A stretch of 64,000 nt of DNA from Acidimicrobiales bacterium (lineage in GTDB: Bacteria > Actinomycetota > Acidimicrobiia > Acidimicrobiales > CATQHL01), in NCBI GenBank assembly GCA_965237375.1, contig CBDEFI010000002.1, positions 15,911-79,910 on the forward strand, in the 5' to 3' direction. The notes under the pieces are model-generated. The model did not search any database. It was not told where the DNA came from and was given only the letters and a program-made list of their open reading frames with translations. The position numbers were made by a program, and so were the translations under genes. Shown here piece by piece: positions 21,510 to 31,110 of this stretch; the first letter of the stretch is position 1, and each line of letters starts with the position of its first letter.

Positions 21510-21619
21510 GCGCCTTCTCCTCCTCGCTGTGGCGACGCGACGATGCGGATTTGCGTAGGGCGTGGTGACCAGGTCCCCCTGCGCCTTCTTATCCTCGCTG
21601 GAGCGACGCGACGACGCCG
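21510..21619. repeat. Intergenic direct repeat (2 x ~39 bp, period 71 bp)
   Basis: gcgccttctcctcctcgctgtggcgacgcgacgatgcgg (21510-21548) versus gcgccttcttatcctcgctggagcgacgcgacgacgccg (21581-21619), between convergent plsC and the MscS-family gene. Confidence 0.75.
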
Positions 21620-21666
21620 TTTCCGTTCTCTGTCCTGCAGCCATGACTCCGATCCCGCTTCCAACC

Positions 21667-22668
21667 TCAGGAGCTCTCACCGGACCCGGAGAGATCCTCC
21701 GCGTCCCTGTCGCTGCGGCGCAGACCGCGGCGGCGCCACTGTGGGACGCGGCGCTCCTCATCGGTCTGCACGTGGTCCAGACCCGGATAGGGCGTGTTCA
21801 CGGCGCTGATGCCGCCCCCGTAGAGCTGGTCGGGCCTTTGTAGGCCGCTCCAGACAACCACCTGGGGGAACGCGATTGTGATGGACTCGGCTGTGAACGC
21901 CTGATGGATAGCCACGACGAGGTCGTGGCGGGTGGCCAGCTCGGAGGGAACGTCGCTGGCATGCCAGTACAACACGGTGAAGCCGATGCTGGAGTCGCCG
22001 AATCCGTCCAGGTTCACCGACGGCTCGGGCTCCGCCAGCACACGGGGCACCCTGGCCAGCGCGCCGTATATCGCCTCGGTGGCCTGCTGGAGGTCGGTGT
22101 CGTACGCCACGCCTACCGGCAGCGAGCTGCGCCGGATCGGCTCACGCGTCAGATTGACGATCGTGGCGCCGACCACGTTGGCGTTGGGGATGCGGACGTG
22201 GGTGCCGTCGAGGTCGCGGATATGTGTGACGCGAGAGTCGATGTCCTCGACGATTCCGATGCGGCCGTCGAGTTCGACGGTGTCGCCCAAGGTGAAGGGC
22301 CTGCGGGTCTGCAGGATTATCGACGACACGAAGTTCCCGACCACGCCTTGCAGGGCCAGTGCGAGCACAAGGCCGCCCAGTCCCAGGGCGCCGAGCAGCG
22401 GGCCGACTCTCACGCCGAGGCTCGTGAGTGTGTACGACAGCCCGACCAGGAAGACCGCGTAGCTGATGAGCCGGGAGGTCGTGATAGCGGCGAAACCGGA
22501 CCCGAGGCCGCGGAAGACGACCTGGCGCAGCACCTTGGACACGACGGTCGCCAGGAGCACCGAGCCGACGAGCACAGCTCCGGCTCTGATCCAGTCCCCG
22601 CTCGTCAGCGGGTCGTCCAGTAGGGCTTCGGCTTCGGACTGGGCCAGAACGACCACGAACCGGATCAT
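21667..22668 (-). CDS. Mechanosensitive ion channel, MscS family
   Basis: Three N-terminal TM helices, then the conserved MscS core FVSSIILQTRRPFTLGDTVELDGRIGIVEDIDSRVTHIRDLDGTHVRIPN. Confidence 0.85.
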   Translation of the reverse strand: MIRFVVVLAQSEAEALLDDPLTSGDWIRAGAVLVGSVLLATVVSKVLRQVVFRGLGSGFAAITTSRLISYAVFLVGLSYTLTSLGVRVGPLLGALGLGGLVLALALQGVVGNFVSSIILQTRRPFTLGDTVELDGRIGIVEDIDSRVTHIRDLDGTHVRIPNANVVGATIVNLTREPIRRSSLPVGVAYDTDLQQATEAIYGALARVPRVLAEPEPSVNLDGFGDSSIGFTVLYWHASDVPSELATRHDLVVAIHQAFTAESITIAFPQVVVWSGLQRPDQLYGGGISAVNTPYPGLDHVQTDEERRVPQWRRRGLRRSDRDAEDLSGSGESS

Positions 22669-22732
22669 CAGCGGCCAAGTCTGTCACGCTCGGCTGTCCG
22701 GGGTGGCATAGCCGGTGGTGCCCCCGCTGTTG

Positions 22733-23752
22733 TCAGTCGAGGACCGAGCTGGCCTCCACGAGGCGGTCGGCGCCCATGCCGACGGGAGGGTCGCCCCCCA
22801 GGGTGGCTGCGGCGAACCCGGTGACCACGGTGATCAGGTCCCGGAGCTGGCGGGGCGGCGGGAAGTACTCCTCCTCGGAGGTGACGGTCACCTCTTCGGT
22901 GCCGTTGCGCGGCGCCAGGCGCTCCAGCACCTCGGTCACCAACTCTTCGGGAGCCGAGGCGCCGGCGGTTAGCCCCACGGTGCCGCTCAGGTCGTCGGGA
23001 AGCTCGTCGGCCCGGTTGACGCGCAGAACGCGCTTGCAGCCCATGTCGTTGGCCAACCTCTCCAGTGCCAAGGTGTTGGAGGAGTTGGCCGAGCCCACGA
23101 TCACGAAGGCGTCGCAGCGCTGGGCGATGGCCGACAGGGCGGCCTGGCGATTCGTGGTGGCGAAGCACAGGTCGCTGCGTCCGGGCGTCCACATGTTGGG
23201 GAAGCGTTCCCGGGCGGCGTCGGCGACGTCGCTCCAGTCCCGGTGGCTGAGCGTGGTCTGCGCCAGGAGGGCAACCGGATCGGCGAATTCCGGCAGCGCC
23301 GCCACGTCGTCGGTGGTCTCCACCCGGTGGATGGCCTCGGGGGCCACGGCCATTGTGCCCACGGCTTCCTCGTGTCCCTCGTGGCCGACGTAGACGATCC
23401 GGTAGCCCTTGCCGGCCCGCACCTTCACCTCGTGGTGCACCTTGGTGACAAGCGGGCAGACCGAGTCCACCACGTAGCCGCCTGTGTCGTAGGCCGCGTT
23501 GCGGACCTCGGGAGCGGAGCCGTGGGCGCTCAGCATCAGCGGCCCGCCTGGTGGCACGTCGGCGATGTCGTCCACGAAGATCACGCCGAGCTTCTCGAAG
23601 CGATCCACGACCTGCTTGTTGTGCACGATCTCGTGGTAGCAGTACACCGGCGGCTCGAAGGCGTCCACCATGACCGCCAGCGCCTTGATGGCCATCTCGA
23701 CGCCGGCGCAGAAACCCCTCGGCGAGGCCAGCAGAACCTGCTCCACAACCAC
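22733..23752 (-). CDS. ispH: 4-hydroxy-3-methylbut-2-enyl diphosphate reductase
   Basis: LytB family: VLLASPRGFCAGVEMAI, YCYHEIVHN, SAHGS and GSANSSNT motifs. Confidence 0.95.
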   Translation of the reverse strand: MVVEQVLLASPRGFCAGVEMAIKALAVMVDAFEPPVYCYHEIVHNKQVVDRFEKLGVIFVDDIADVPPGGPLMLSAHGSAPEVRNAAYDTGGYVVDSVCPLVTKVHHEVKVRAGKGYRIVYVGHEGHEEAVGTMAVAPEAIHRVETTDDVAALPEFADPVALLAQTTLSHRDWSDVADAARERFPNMWTPGRSDLCFATTNRQAALSAIAQRCDAFVIVGSANSSNTLALERLANDMGCKRVLRVNRADELPDDLSGTVGLTAGASAPEELVTEVLERLAPRNGTEEVTVTSEEEYFPPPRQLRDLITVVTGFAAATLGGDPPVGMGADRLVEASSVLD

Positions 23753-23882
23753 GCCACGAGGCTACCCGGTGCCGTGTGCCACAACCCGATCCGACCCTCG
23801 AGCCCGCAAGGCCGCCAACCCGACCGCCACCAGCGCGGGGCGTGCCCCGGGGCCGGGGGGACTTGGGCGGTAGATTTAGGTA

Positions 23883-25355
23883 ATGGGCCGCCCGCGCGTC
23901 GTTGCTGTGGCGCCGTCGGGGCCGGCCGCGATTGCCGGGCTGGCGGTCGGTGACGAGTTGGTGTCTCTGAACGGCACGGCGCCGCGGGACGTTCTGGAGT
24001 ACCGCCGCCTTACCGACGAGGCGTTCGTGGACATCGAGGTGGACCGGGGCGGGCTGCAGTTCAGCGTGGAGATCGCCAAAGCGGCCGGCGCTCCGCTGGG
24101 CCTGGAGGTCCATTCGGCCCTGTTCGACCAGGTGCGCACCTGCGACAACCACTGCGAGTTCTGTTTCATCTACCAACTCCCGCCGGGGATGCGCTCCAGC
24201 CTGTACCTCAAGGACGACGACTACCGGCTGTCGTTCCTGTACGGGAACTTCACCACGCTGACCCGCTTCACCGAGGCCGACTTCGAGCGGGTCGTGAGCG
24301 AGGGCCTGTCGCCACTGTTCGTGAGCATTCACGCCACCGACCCCGAACTGCGGGCCGAGATGCTGCGCAACCGCCGGGGGGCAACCAGCCTGCGCTGGCT
24401 GCGGGCCCTGCTGGACGCCGGCGTGGACGTCTACGGCCAGGTCGTGGTGTGTCCCGGGGTCAACGACGGGCTGTGGCTGGAGGACACCCTCTGCGGCGTG
24501 CTGGAGTCGTACACCGATCTGCGCGCCGTCTGCGTGGTGCCCCTGGGGGTCAGCCGCCATGCCGCCGAGGGCCGGATGCGGCCCCACACCCCGGCCGAGG
24601 CCGCCGAGGTGCTGGACACCGTGGCCTCCTGGCAGGAAACGTTCGGCACCGTGCTGGGGCGGCGCATGGTGTTCGCCGCCGATGAGTACTACCTGCTGGC
24701 CGGGCGGGAACTGCCGCCGGCGGCACACTACGAGGGTTTCGACATGCACGAGGATGGCGTGGGAATCGGCCGCAACTTCGCTGAGGAGTTCACCGGGCGC
24801 ACCGCTGAGGCCACCGGGGTGCAGGCCGGCTTCTTCGCCTGGGTGGACGGCGCCCCCGCCGAGGGCTATCGCACTCCGACGACGGGTTGCGGGGCGGCAT
24901 CGGCCGGAGACCCGCTGCCGAGGCGGGTGACGCTGCGGCGCCGCGGCTCGACGGCTGTGTTGACCGGCGAGTTGGGCGCTGCCGTGCTCGGCCCGCTGCT
25001 GGCCGACGCCGGTTACGACGACGTACGCCTCCTTGCCGTGGAGAACCATTTCTTCGGCGGCAACATCGGCGTGACCGGGCTGCTGGTGGGCGAGGACGTG
25101 GCCCGCGTCCTGCGCCACGAGCCCGCCGACGGGCGCTACCTGCTGCCCGACGTCTGCCTGTCCGGTGGGCGTTTCCTGGACGGGACGACCCCGGCCGACC
25201 TGCCCCGCCCCGTCGAGATCATCAAGACCGACGGCATCGCCCTGCGCCGGGCGCTCGACGCCTCCCGGGTCGATGCGGCTCCGGTGATCGCCCCCGTGAG
25301 CGTCCCGAAGCTGCCTGCGGGCGCCGCCGATCGACTACCTGCGAGCGCGTCGTGA
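23883..25355 (+). CDS. PDZ plus radical-SAM-like DUF512 protein (TIGR03279-type)
   Basis: N-terminal PDZ-like GLAVGDELVSLNG. CDNHCEFC (CxxxCxxC) cluster. Conserved position upstream of der. Confidence 0.75.
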   Translation: MGRPRVVAVAPSGPAAIAGLAVGDELVSLNGTAPRDVLEYRRLTDEAFVDIEVDRGGLQFSVEIAKAAGAPLGLEVHSALFDQVRTCDNHCEFCFIYQLPPGMRSSLYLKDDDYRLSFLYGNFTTLTRFTEADFERVVSEGLSPLFVSIHATDPELRAEMLRNRRGATSLRWLRALLDAGVDVYGQVVVCPGVNDGLWLEDTLCGVLESYTDLRAVCVVPLGVSRHAAEGRMRPHTPAEAAEVLDTVASWQETFGTVLGRRMVFAADEYYLLAGRELPPAAHYEGFDMHEDGVGIGRNFAEEFTGRTAEATGVQAGFFAWVDGAPAEGYRTPTTGCGAASAGDPLPRRVTLRRRGSTAVLTGELGAAVLGPLLADAGYDDVRLLAVENHFFGGNIGVTGLLVGEDVARVLRHEPADGRYLLPDVCLSGGRFLDGTTPADLPRPVEIIKTDGIALRRALDASRVDAAPVIAPVSVPKLPAGAADRLPASAS

Positions 25356-26764
25356 GCGCACCCGTCGAGCCCTCCGTGAGCGCGCCGCCCTGGTCGGCGA
25401 CCCCGTCGGTGGCCGTGGTGGGCCGCCCCAACGTCGGGAAGTCCACCTTGGTGAACCGGATCATCGGGCGGCGCGAGGCCATCGTGGAGGAGCGCCCCGG
25501 CGTGACCCGGGACCGCAAGGAATGGACCACGTACTGGCAGGGACGGCCCTTCGTGGTGGTCGACACGGGCGGCTGGCAACCCGAGGGCGAGGGCGGCGCA
25601 CTCGCCTCGCTGGACCGCAAGGTCTCGGCCCAGAGCCGCCGGGCCATGTTGGAGGCGGACGTGGTGGTGCTGGTGACCGACGTGACCGCAGGGGTGACCG
25701 AACCCGACGTGGCCACCGCGGCGCTGCTCTGGGAGCGCCAGGGCCCGGTGCTGGTGGCCGTGAACAAGGTGGATGACGAGGCCCACGAGTCGCTCATCTG
25801 GGAGTTCGTCACGCTCGGGCTGGGCGACCCGCATGCCATCAGCGCCCTGCACGGCAGCGGCTGTGCCGACCTGCTCGACACCATCGTGGCCGGCTTTCCC
25901 GCCGCAGGCGACGAGGTGGCCGGCGACGAGAGCGCCACGGCGGCCCCCGAGGTTGCCGGCCCGCCGGGCACCGACACCGGCGTCGCCGCCGACGATCCGT
26001 CCACGGTGGCGGTGGCCATCGTGGGTCGTCCCAACGTGGGCAAGTCCACGCTGTTCAACCGCATCGTGGGTGAGGAGCGGTCGGTGGTGCACGATCTGCC
26101 GGGCACGACACGGGATTCGGTGGACACCCTCGTGCAGACCGTCTCGGGGCCACTGCGCCTCGTGGACACGGCGGGGCTGCGTCGGCGGGCCAAGATCGAC
26201 GAGAACACCGAGTACTACGCCATGCTCCGTGCCCTGCGGTCGGTGGATCGGGCCGACGTGGTGCTGCTCGTGGTGGACGCCACGCAGGGTGTCACCCACC
26301 AGGACCAGCGCCTGGCCGAGCGGATCGACGGCGCGGGCTGTCCGATCCTGCTGCTGCTGAACAAGTGGGACCTGCTCGACACCGAACAGCGCATCACCGT
26401 GCGGACCGACGCAGCCGACCGGCTGGGCTTCCTCGGCGGCTCCCCGGTGTTCGGCATCTCCGCCCACACCGGCCGGGGCGTGTCGCGCATCCTCGACACC
26501 CTCGGCGGCACCATTGACCAGTACCGGCGGCGCATCCCCACCCGGGCGGTCAACCTGACCATCCGCGAGGCGCAGGCCGCCCATGCCGCCCCCGGTGGCG
26601 CCCGGGTGCTCTACGCCACGCAGGGGGCCACCGATCCGCCCACCTTCACGCTGTTCGTCAACCGGCGCCTGCCACCCACCTACCTGCGCTACCTCCAGAG
26701 GCGCCTCGCCGAGGCGTTCGACCTGGGCGCAACCCCCGTCAAGTTCCACGTCCGCCAGCGCTGA
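25352..26764 (+). CDS. der: Ribosome-biogenesis GTPase Der (EngA)
   Basis: GTG 25352 overlaps the upstream stop. Two GTPase domains (GRPNVGKST twice, DTGG/DTAG, NKVD/NKWD) and a KH-like C-terminus. Confidence 0.95.
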   Translation: MSAPVEPSVSAPPWSATPSVAVVGRPNVGKSTLVNRIIGRREAIVEERPGVTRDRKEWTTYWQGRPFVVVDTGGWQPEGEGGALASLDRKVSAQSRRAMLEADVVVLVTDVTAGVTEPDVATAALLWERQGPVLVAVNKVDDEAHESLIWEFVTLGLGDPHAISALHGSGCADLLDTIVAGFPAAGDEVAGDESATAAPEVAGPPGTDTGVAADDPSTVAVAIVGRPNVGKSTLFNRIVGEERSVVHDLPGTTRDSVDTLVQTVSGPLRLVDTAGLRRRAKIDENTEYYAMLRALRSVDRADVVLLVVDATQGVTHQDQRLAERIDGAGCPILLLLNKWDLLDTEQRITVRTDAADRLGFLGGSPVFGISAHTGRGVSRILDTLGGTIDQYRRRIPTRAVNLTIREAQAAHAAPGGARVLYATQGATDPPTFTLFVNRRLPPTYLRYLQRRLAEAFDLGATPVKFHVRQR

Positions 26765-26859
26765 CGCCCGTCACCGTCGACCGCTCCGGTTGAGCCTCGA
26801 TCCCGCTTCTGCCGGGCGCAGGAAGGGGCGGCGAGCGGGCGGCGAGTAGATTTGCGGCC

Positions 26860-28044
<1,185 letters not shown>

Positions 28045-28063
28045 TCGGCCCAGAGCGTCGGCC

Positions 28064-28297
28064 GTGCCCTGGTGCGGACCCTGTGAGCGGTTCTTCAACC
28101 CGTCCACGCTGAAACCCGACGGCACCTGTCCCGCCTGCGGCGCCGAGGTGGAGCCCGCGGGGGCGGTGCCCGGCGAGGAGTCAGGGGAGCAGGAGGAGTA
28201 CCGAGCACCCTGGCATTTCCGCCTGATGGTGGTGGCCACGGCGGCGTACGTCGCCTGGCGGATCGTGCAACTGGTGGCCCGAGGCTGGGGCGTCTGA
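28064..28297 (+). CDS. Small zinc-ribbon membrane protein (hypothetical)
   Basis: GTG 28064. CGPC...(17 aa)...CPAC four-Cys ribbon and C-terminal TM helix FRLMVVATAAYVAWRIVQLV. Start uncertain. Confidence 0.4.
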   Translation: MPWCGPCERFFNPSTLKPDGTCPACGAEVEPAGAVPGEESGEQEEYRAPWHFRLMVVATAAYVAWRIVQLVARGWGV

Positions 28298-28335
28298 GCC
28301 GCCGGACCGGGCCGCGGCGATAGCCTCACTTCTGC

Positions 28336-29274
28336 ATGCTCGTCCTGGATTCGCTGCCCGCCGACTCGCCCCCTTCGGCCGTGACAGTCGGCGTGTTCGA
28401 CGGGGTGCACGTCGGCCACCAGGAGATCCTGCGCAAGGTCACCGATCGGGCGGCTACGGACGGTCTCTGCAGCACCGTCGTCACCTTCGACACACACCCG
28501 GCTCTCACACTGCGCCCCGAGAACGCACCCCGGCTGCTTACTGACCTGCGCCAGAAGATCGACGTCTTCGCCTCCCTGGGCCTGGAGCGGGCCGTGGTGC
28601 TGTCCTTCGGTGACGATCTGGCTTCCACAACGGCGCAGGACTTCATCCGTGGCGTGCTCGTGGAGCGGCTCAACGCCCGGACGGTCGTGGCCGGCGCCGA
28701 CTTCCACTTCGGCAGCGATCGGGCGGGCTCCAACGCCACGTTGCGCGCCGAGGGGGTCCGCGCTGGTTTCGACGTGGAGACCGTGGACCTGTTCCGCTTC
28801 CCGGGCGCGCCCGAGCCGGTTTCCTCCACGGCCATCCGCCGGGCGCTGGCCGGCAGCCGCGTCGCCGACGTGGTGCAGATGCTGGGCCGGCCCTATGCCA
28901 TCCGCGGGGTGGTCATCGAGGGCGACCGCAGGGGGGTCACCGTGGGTTTTCCGACGGCCAACATTCCCGTGGCGACCGACAGGGCGTGGCCCGCCGACGG
29001 CGTGTACGCCGGACGGTTCACCGATTCCGACGGCGCCCGCTTCGGCTGTGCCATCAACATCGGCCGGCGCCCCACCTTCTTCGAGCACGCCGAGCATTCG
29101 ATCCTCGAGGCGCACCTGCTGGACTTCGACGACGACCTCTACGGCCACGAGGTGGAGGTGGAGTTCCTGCGGTTCCTGCGTAGCGAGCGGCGCTTCAGCG
29201 GTATCGACGCGCTCGCGACACAGTTGAAGAAGGACGTCCGGAATGCCAGGCGCATCATCGCCGACCACGTCTGA
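28336..29274 (+). CDS. ribF: Bifunctional riboflavin kinase / FMN adenylyltransferase
   Basis: VTVGVFDGVHVGHQ nucleotidyltransferase motif. C-terminal kinase GFPTANI...EAHLLDFDDDLYG. Confidence 0.95.
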   Translation: MLVLDSLPADSPPSAVTVGVFDGVHVGHQEILRKVTDRAATDGLCSTVVTFDTHPALTLRPENAPRLLTDLRQKIDVFASLGLERAVVLSFGDDLASTTAQDFIRGVLVERLNARTVVAGADFHFGSDRAGSNATLRAEGVRAGFDVETVDLFRFPGAPEPVSSTAIRRALAGSRVADVVQMLGRPYAIRGVVIEGDRRGVTVGFPTANIPVATDRAWPADGVYAGRFTDSDGARFGCAINIGRRPTFFEHAEHSILEAHLLDFDDDLYGHEVEVEFLRFLRSERRFSGIDALATQLKKDVRNARRIIADHV

Positions 29275-29920
29275 GCCCGACGTCCCCGACGGCCCTCCGA
29301 CCGCCTCGGGTCAGGGGCCGGAGACCTTCCTGGTGTTGCTGCGCCACGGGCGCACCGAGTTGAACCGCCTCCGCCTGCTGCAGGGCGCCAGCGATCTTCC
29401 GCTCGATGATGTCGGCCGCCGCCAAGCGGTGGAGGCGGGCGCCTACGTCCGCCGCCACTGGCGTATCGACAAGGTGGTGTGCAGTCCGCGGCGGCGTGCC
29501 CGCGAGACGCTCGCCATCGCCGGGTTCGATGGCGATGACGTGATCGTCGAGGACCGCTTCGCCGAGATGGACTACGGAGCCGTGGAGGGCCGGCCGGTGC
29601 CGCTGGTGTCCGGAGAACTGATCGATGCGTGGTCGGCGGACCCCGGCTACGCCCCGACCGGCGGCGAGTCTCTGACCGACCTGTACGAGCGTTCCGTGGC
29701 CGCCACCGAAGAACTGCTGGCCTCCTCGGCGGGCCAAACCGTGCTGGTCTGCTCGCACGCCAACCCCATCAAGGCCATCGTGGCCCGGGCACTGGGCGGG
29801 TCGGCATCGATGATCATGCACATGTACCTGCGCCAGGCGTCGGTCTCGGTGGTGGCCTCCATTCCTCCGGCCCTGGTCCTCCTCGGCTTCAACGAACGCA
29901 CCGACCCACCCGAACGCTGA
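29243..29920 (+). CDS. Histidine phosphatase family protein (phosphoglycerate-mutase-like)
   Basis: RHG catalytic motif (LVLLRHGRTELN) and later SHANPIKA His motif. Start may lie downstream of 29243. Confidence 0.82.
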   Translation: MPGASSPTTSEPDVPDGPPTASGQGPETFLVLLRHGRTELNRLRLLQGASDLPLDDVGRRQAVEAGAYVRRHWRIDKVVCSPRRRARETLAIAGFDGDDVIVEDRFAEMDYGAVEGRPVPLVSGELIDAWSADPGYAPTGGESLTDLYERSVAATEELLASSAGQTVLVCSHANPIKAIVARALGGSASMIMHMYLRQASVSVVASIPPALVLLGFNERTDPPER

Positions 29921-29971
29921 CCGCGCCCCAACCGCCCGGCCGTACGCCTAACAACGTCGCGCCCCCCAGTC

Positions 29972-30025
29972 CGTCATTCCGGCGGAAGCCGGAGTCCACT
30001 GTCCAGCGGCCCGGGCTGCACTGCG
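29972..30025 (+). repeat. REP-like hairpin repeat
   Basis: ccgtcattccggcggaagccggagtccactgtccagcggcccgggctgcactgc. Confidence 0.85.
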
Positions 30026-30150
30026 GTGGGACAGCTCAGCGGGTGAATCGAGGCGACCGGCTCTCAGGCGGAGCGACCTCAGCGGCCGGGTAGCCGCGGC
30101 GGTCGCCGCGGTATCCTGAGCAGGCACCTGGGAGGACCGAGGGAGGCGTT

Positions 30151-30636
30151 ATGCAGATCACCGGTATGAACCACGCCGTGCTGTACGTGCGTGATGCACG
30201 GCGCCACGCCAAGTTCTATGCCGACGTGCTGGGGTTCGAGCAGGTCATCGACGGTCCCGGCGGGGCGTTCGCTTTCATGCGGGCGCCCGAGTCGGAGAAC
30301 CACCACGACATTGCCTTCTTCAGTGTCGGTAAGGAGGCCGGCGCCTCGCAGGCGGGCAGCCGCACGGTCGGCCTCTACCACATCGCATGGGAGGTGCCCA
30401 CGCTGGAAGCTCTCGACGCGGCGCGCCGGCGGCTCGAGAAGGAGGGCGCCCTGGTGGGGGCCAGCGACCACGGCTGCAACAAGAGCCTCTACGCCCGCGA
30501 CCCCGACGGTCTGGAGTTCGAGGTCATGTGGCTGGTACCGCCCGAGCACTGGGGCGACGCCGAGCATCAGGCGATCGTCGAGCCGCTGAACCTCGCCGCC
30601 GAGCGCAAGCGGTTCGCCGCGGTCGGCCTCCGCTGA
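30151..30636 (+). CDS. VOC (glyoxalase/dioxygenase) family protein
   Basis: MNHAVLYVRDARRHAKFYADVLGF... and HIAWEV...; paired beta-alpha-beta-beta-beta VOC pattern. Confidence 0.78.
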   Translation: MQITGMNHAVLYVRDARRHAKFYADVLGFEQVIDGPGGAFAFMRAPESENHHDIAFFSVGKEAGASQAGSRTVGLYHIAWEVPTLEALDAARRRLEKEGALVGASDHGCNKSLYARDPDGLEFEVMWLVPPEHWGDAEHQAIVEPLNLAAERKRFAAVGLR

Positions 30637-30669
30637 CCCCGTCGCCGTCGCACAGGAAAGGCAGACCGC

Positions 30670-31110
30670 ATGGACCTCAGCCGCCAGACCGTGTTCTTCC
30701 TCGACGAGGAGGCCTTTACCGAGACCGCCCGGCCGGGCTTCCGCCGCCGGGTGGTGACCGGCGACGATCTGCAATTGTGCTTCTGGCGCATCGCCGGAGG
30801 CACCCCCGGTTCGTACCTGCACCATCATCCCGACCACGAGCAGCTCGGCATCGTGGTGCGCGGCGCCCTGGACTTCCGCATCGGCGACGAGTCCGGCCCC
30901 CCGGAGGATCAGGAGCGGGTCGTGCTGGGCGCGGGCGACTCGTACCTGGCCTACAAGGGGGTGTGGCACGGCGACAGTGTCTTCGTGGGCGACGAGGAGT
31001 ACGGCGAGTGCTGGATCCTCGACGTGTTCGCCCCGCCGCGGGACGACCTGATCGACGCCGCCGCCCCCAGCGAGGCACTCGCGCAACACCCCGATCCCGC
31101 AGATGGCTGA
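30670..31110 (+). CDS. Cupin domain protein
   Basis: 146 aa. GSYLHHHPDHEQLGIVVRGAL...WHG resembles the cupin G(X)5HxH...H metal motifs. Confidence 0.65.
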   Translation: MDLSRQTVFFLDEEAFTETARPGFRRRVVTGDDLQLCFWRIAGGTPGSYLHHHPDHEQLGIVVRGALDFRIGDESGPPEDQERVVLGAGDSYLAYKGVWHGDSVFVGDEEYGECWILDVFAPPRDDLIDAAAPSEALAQHPDPADG

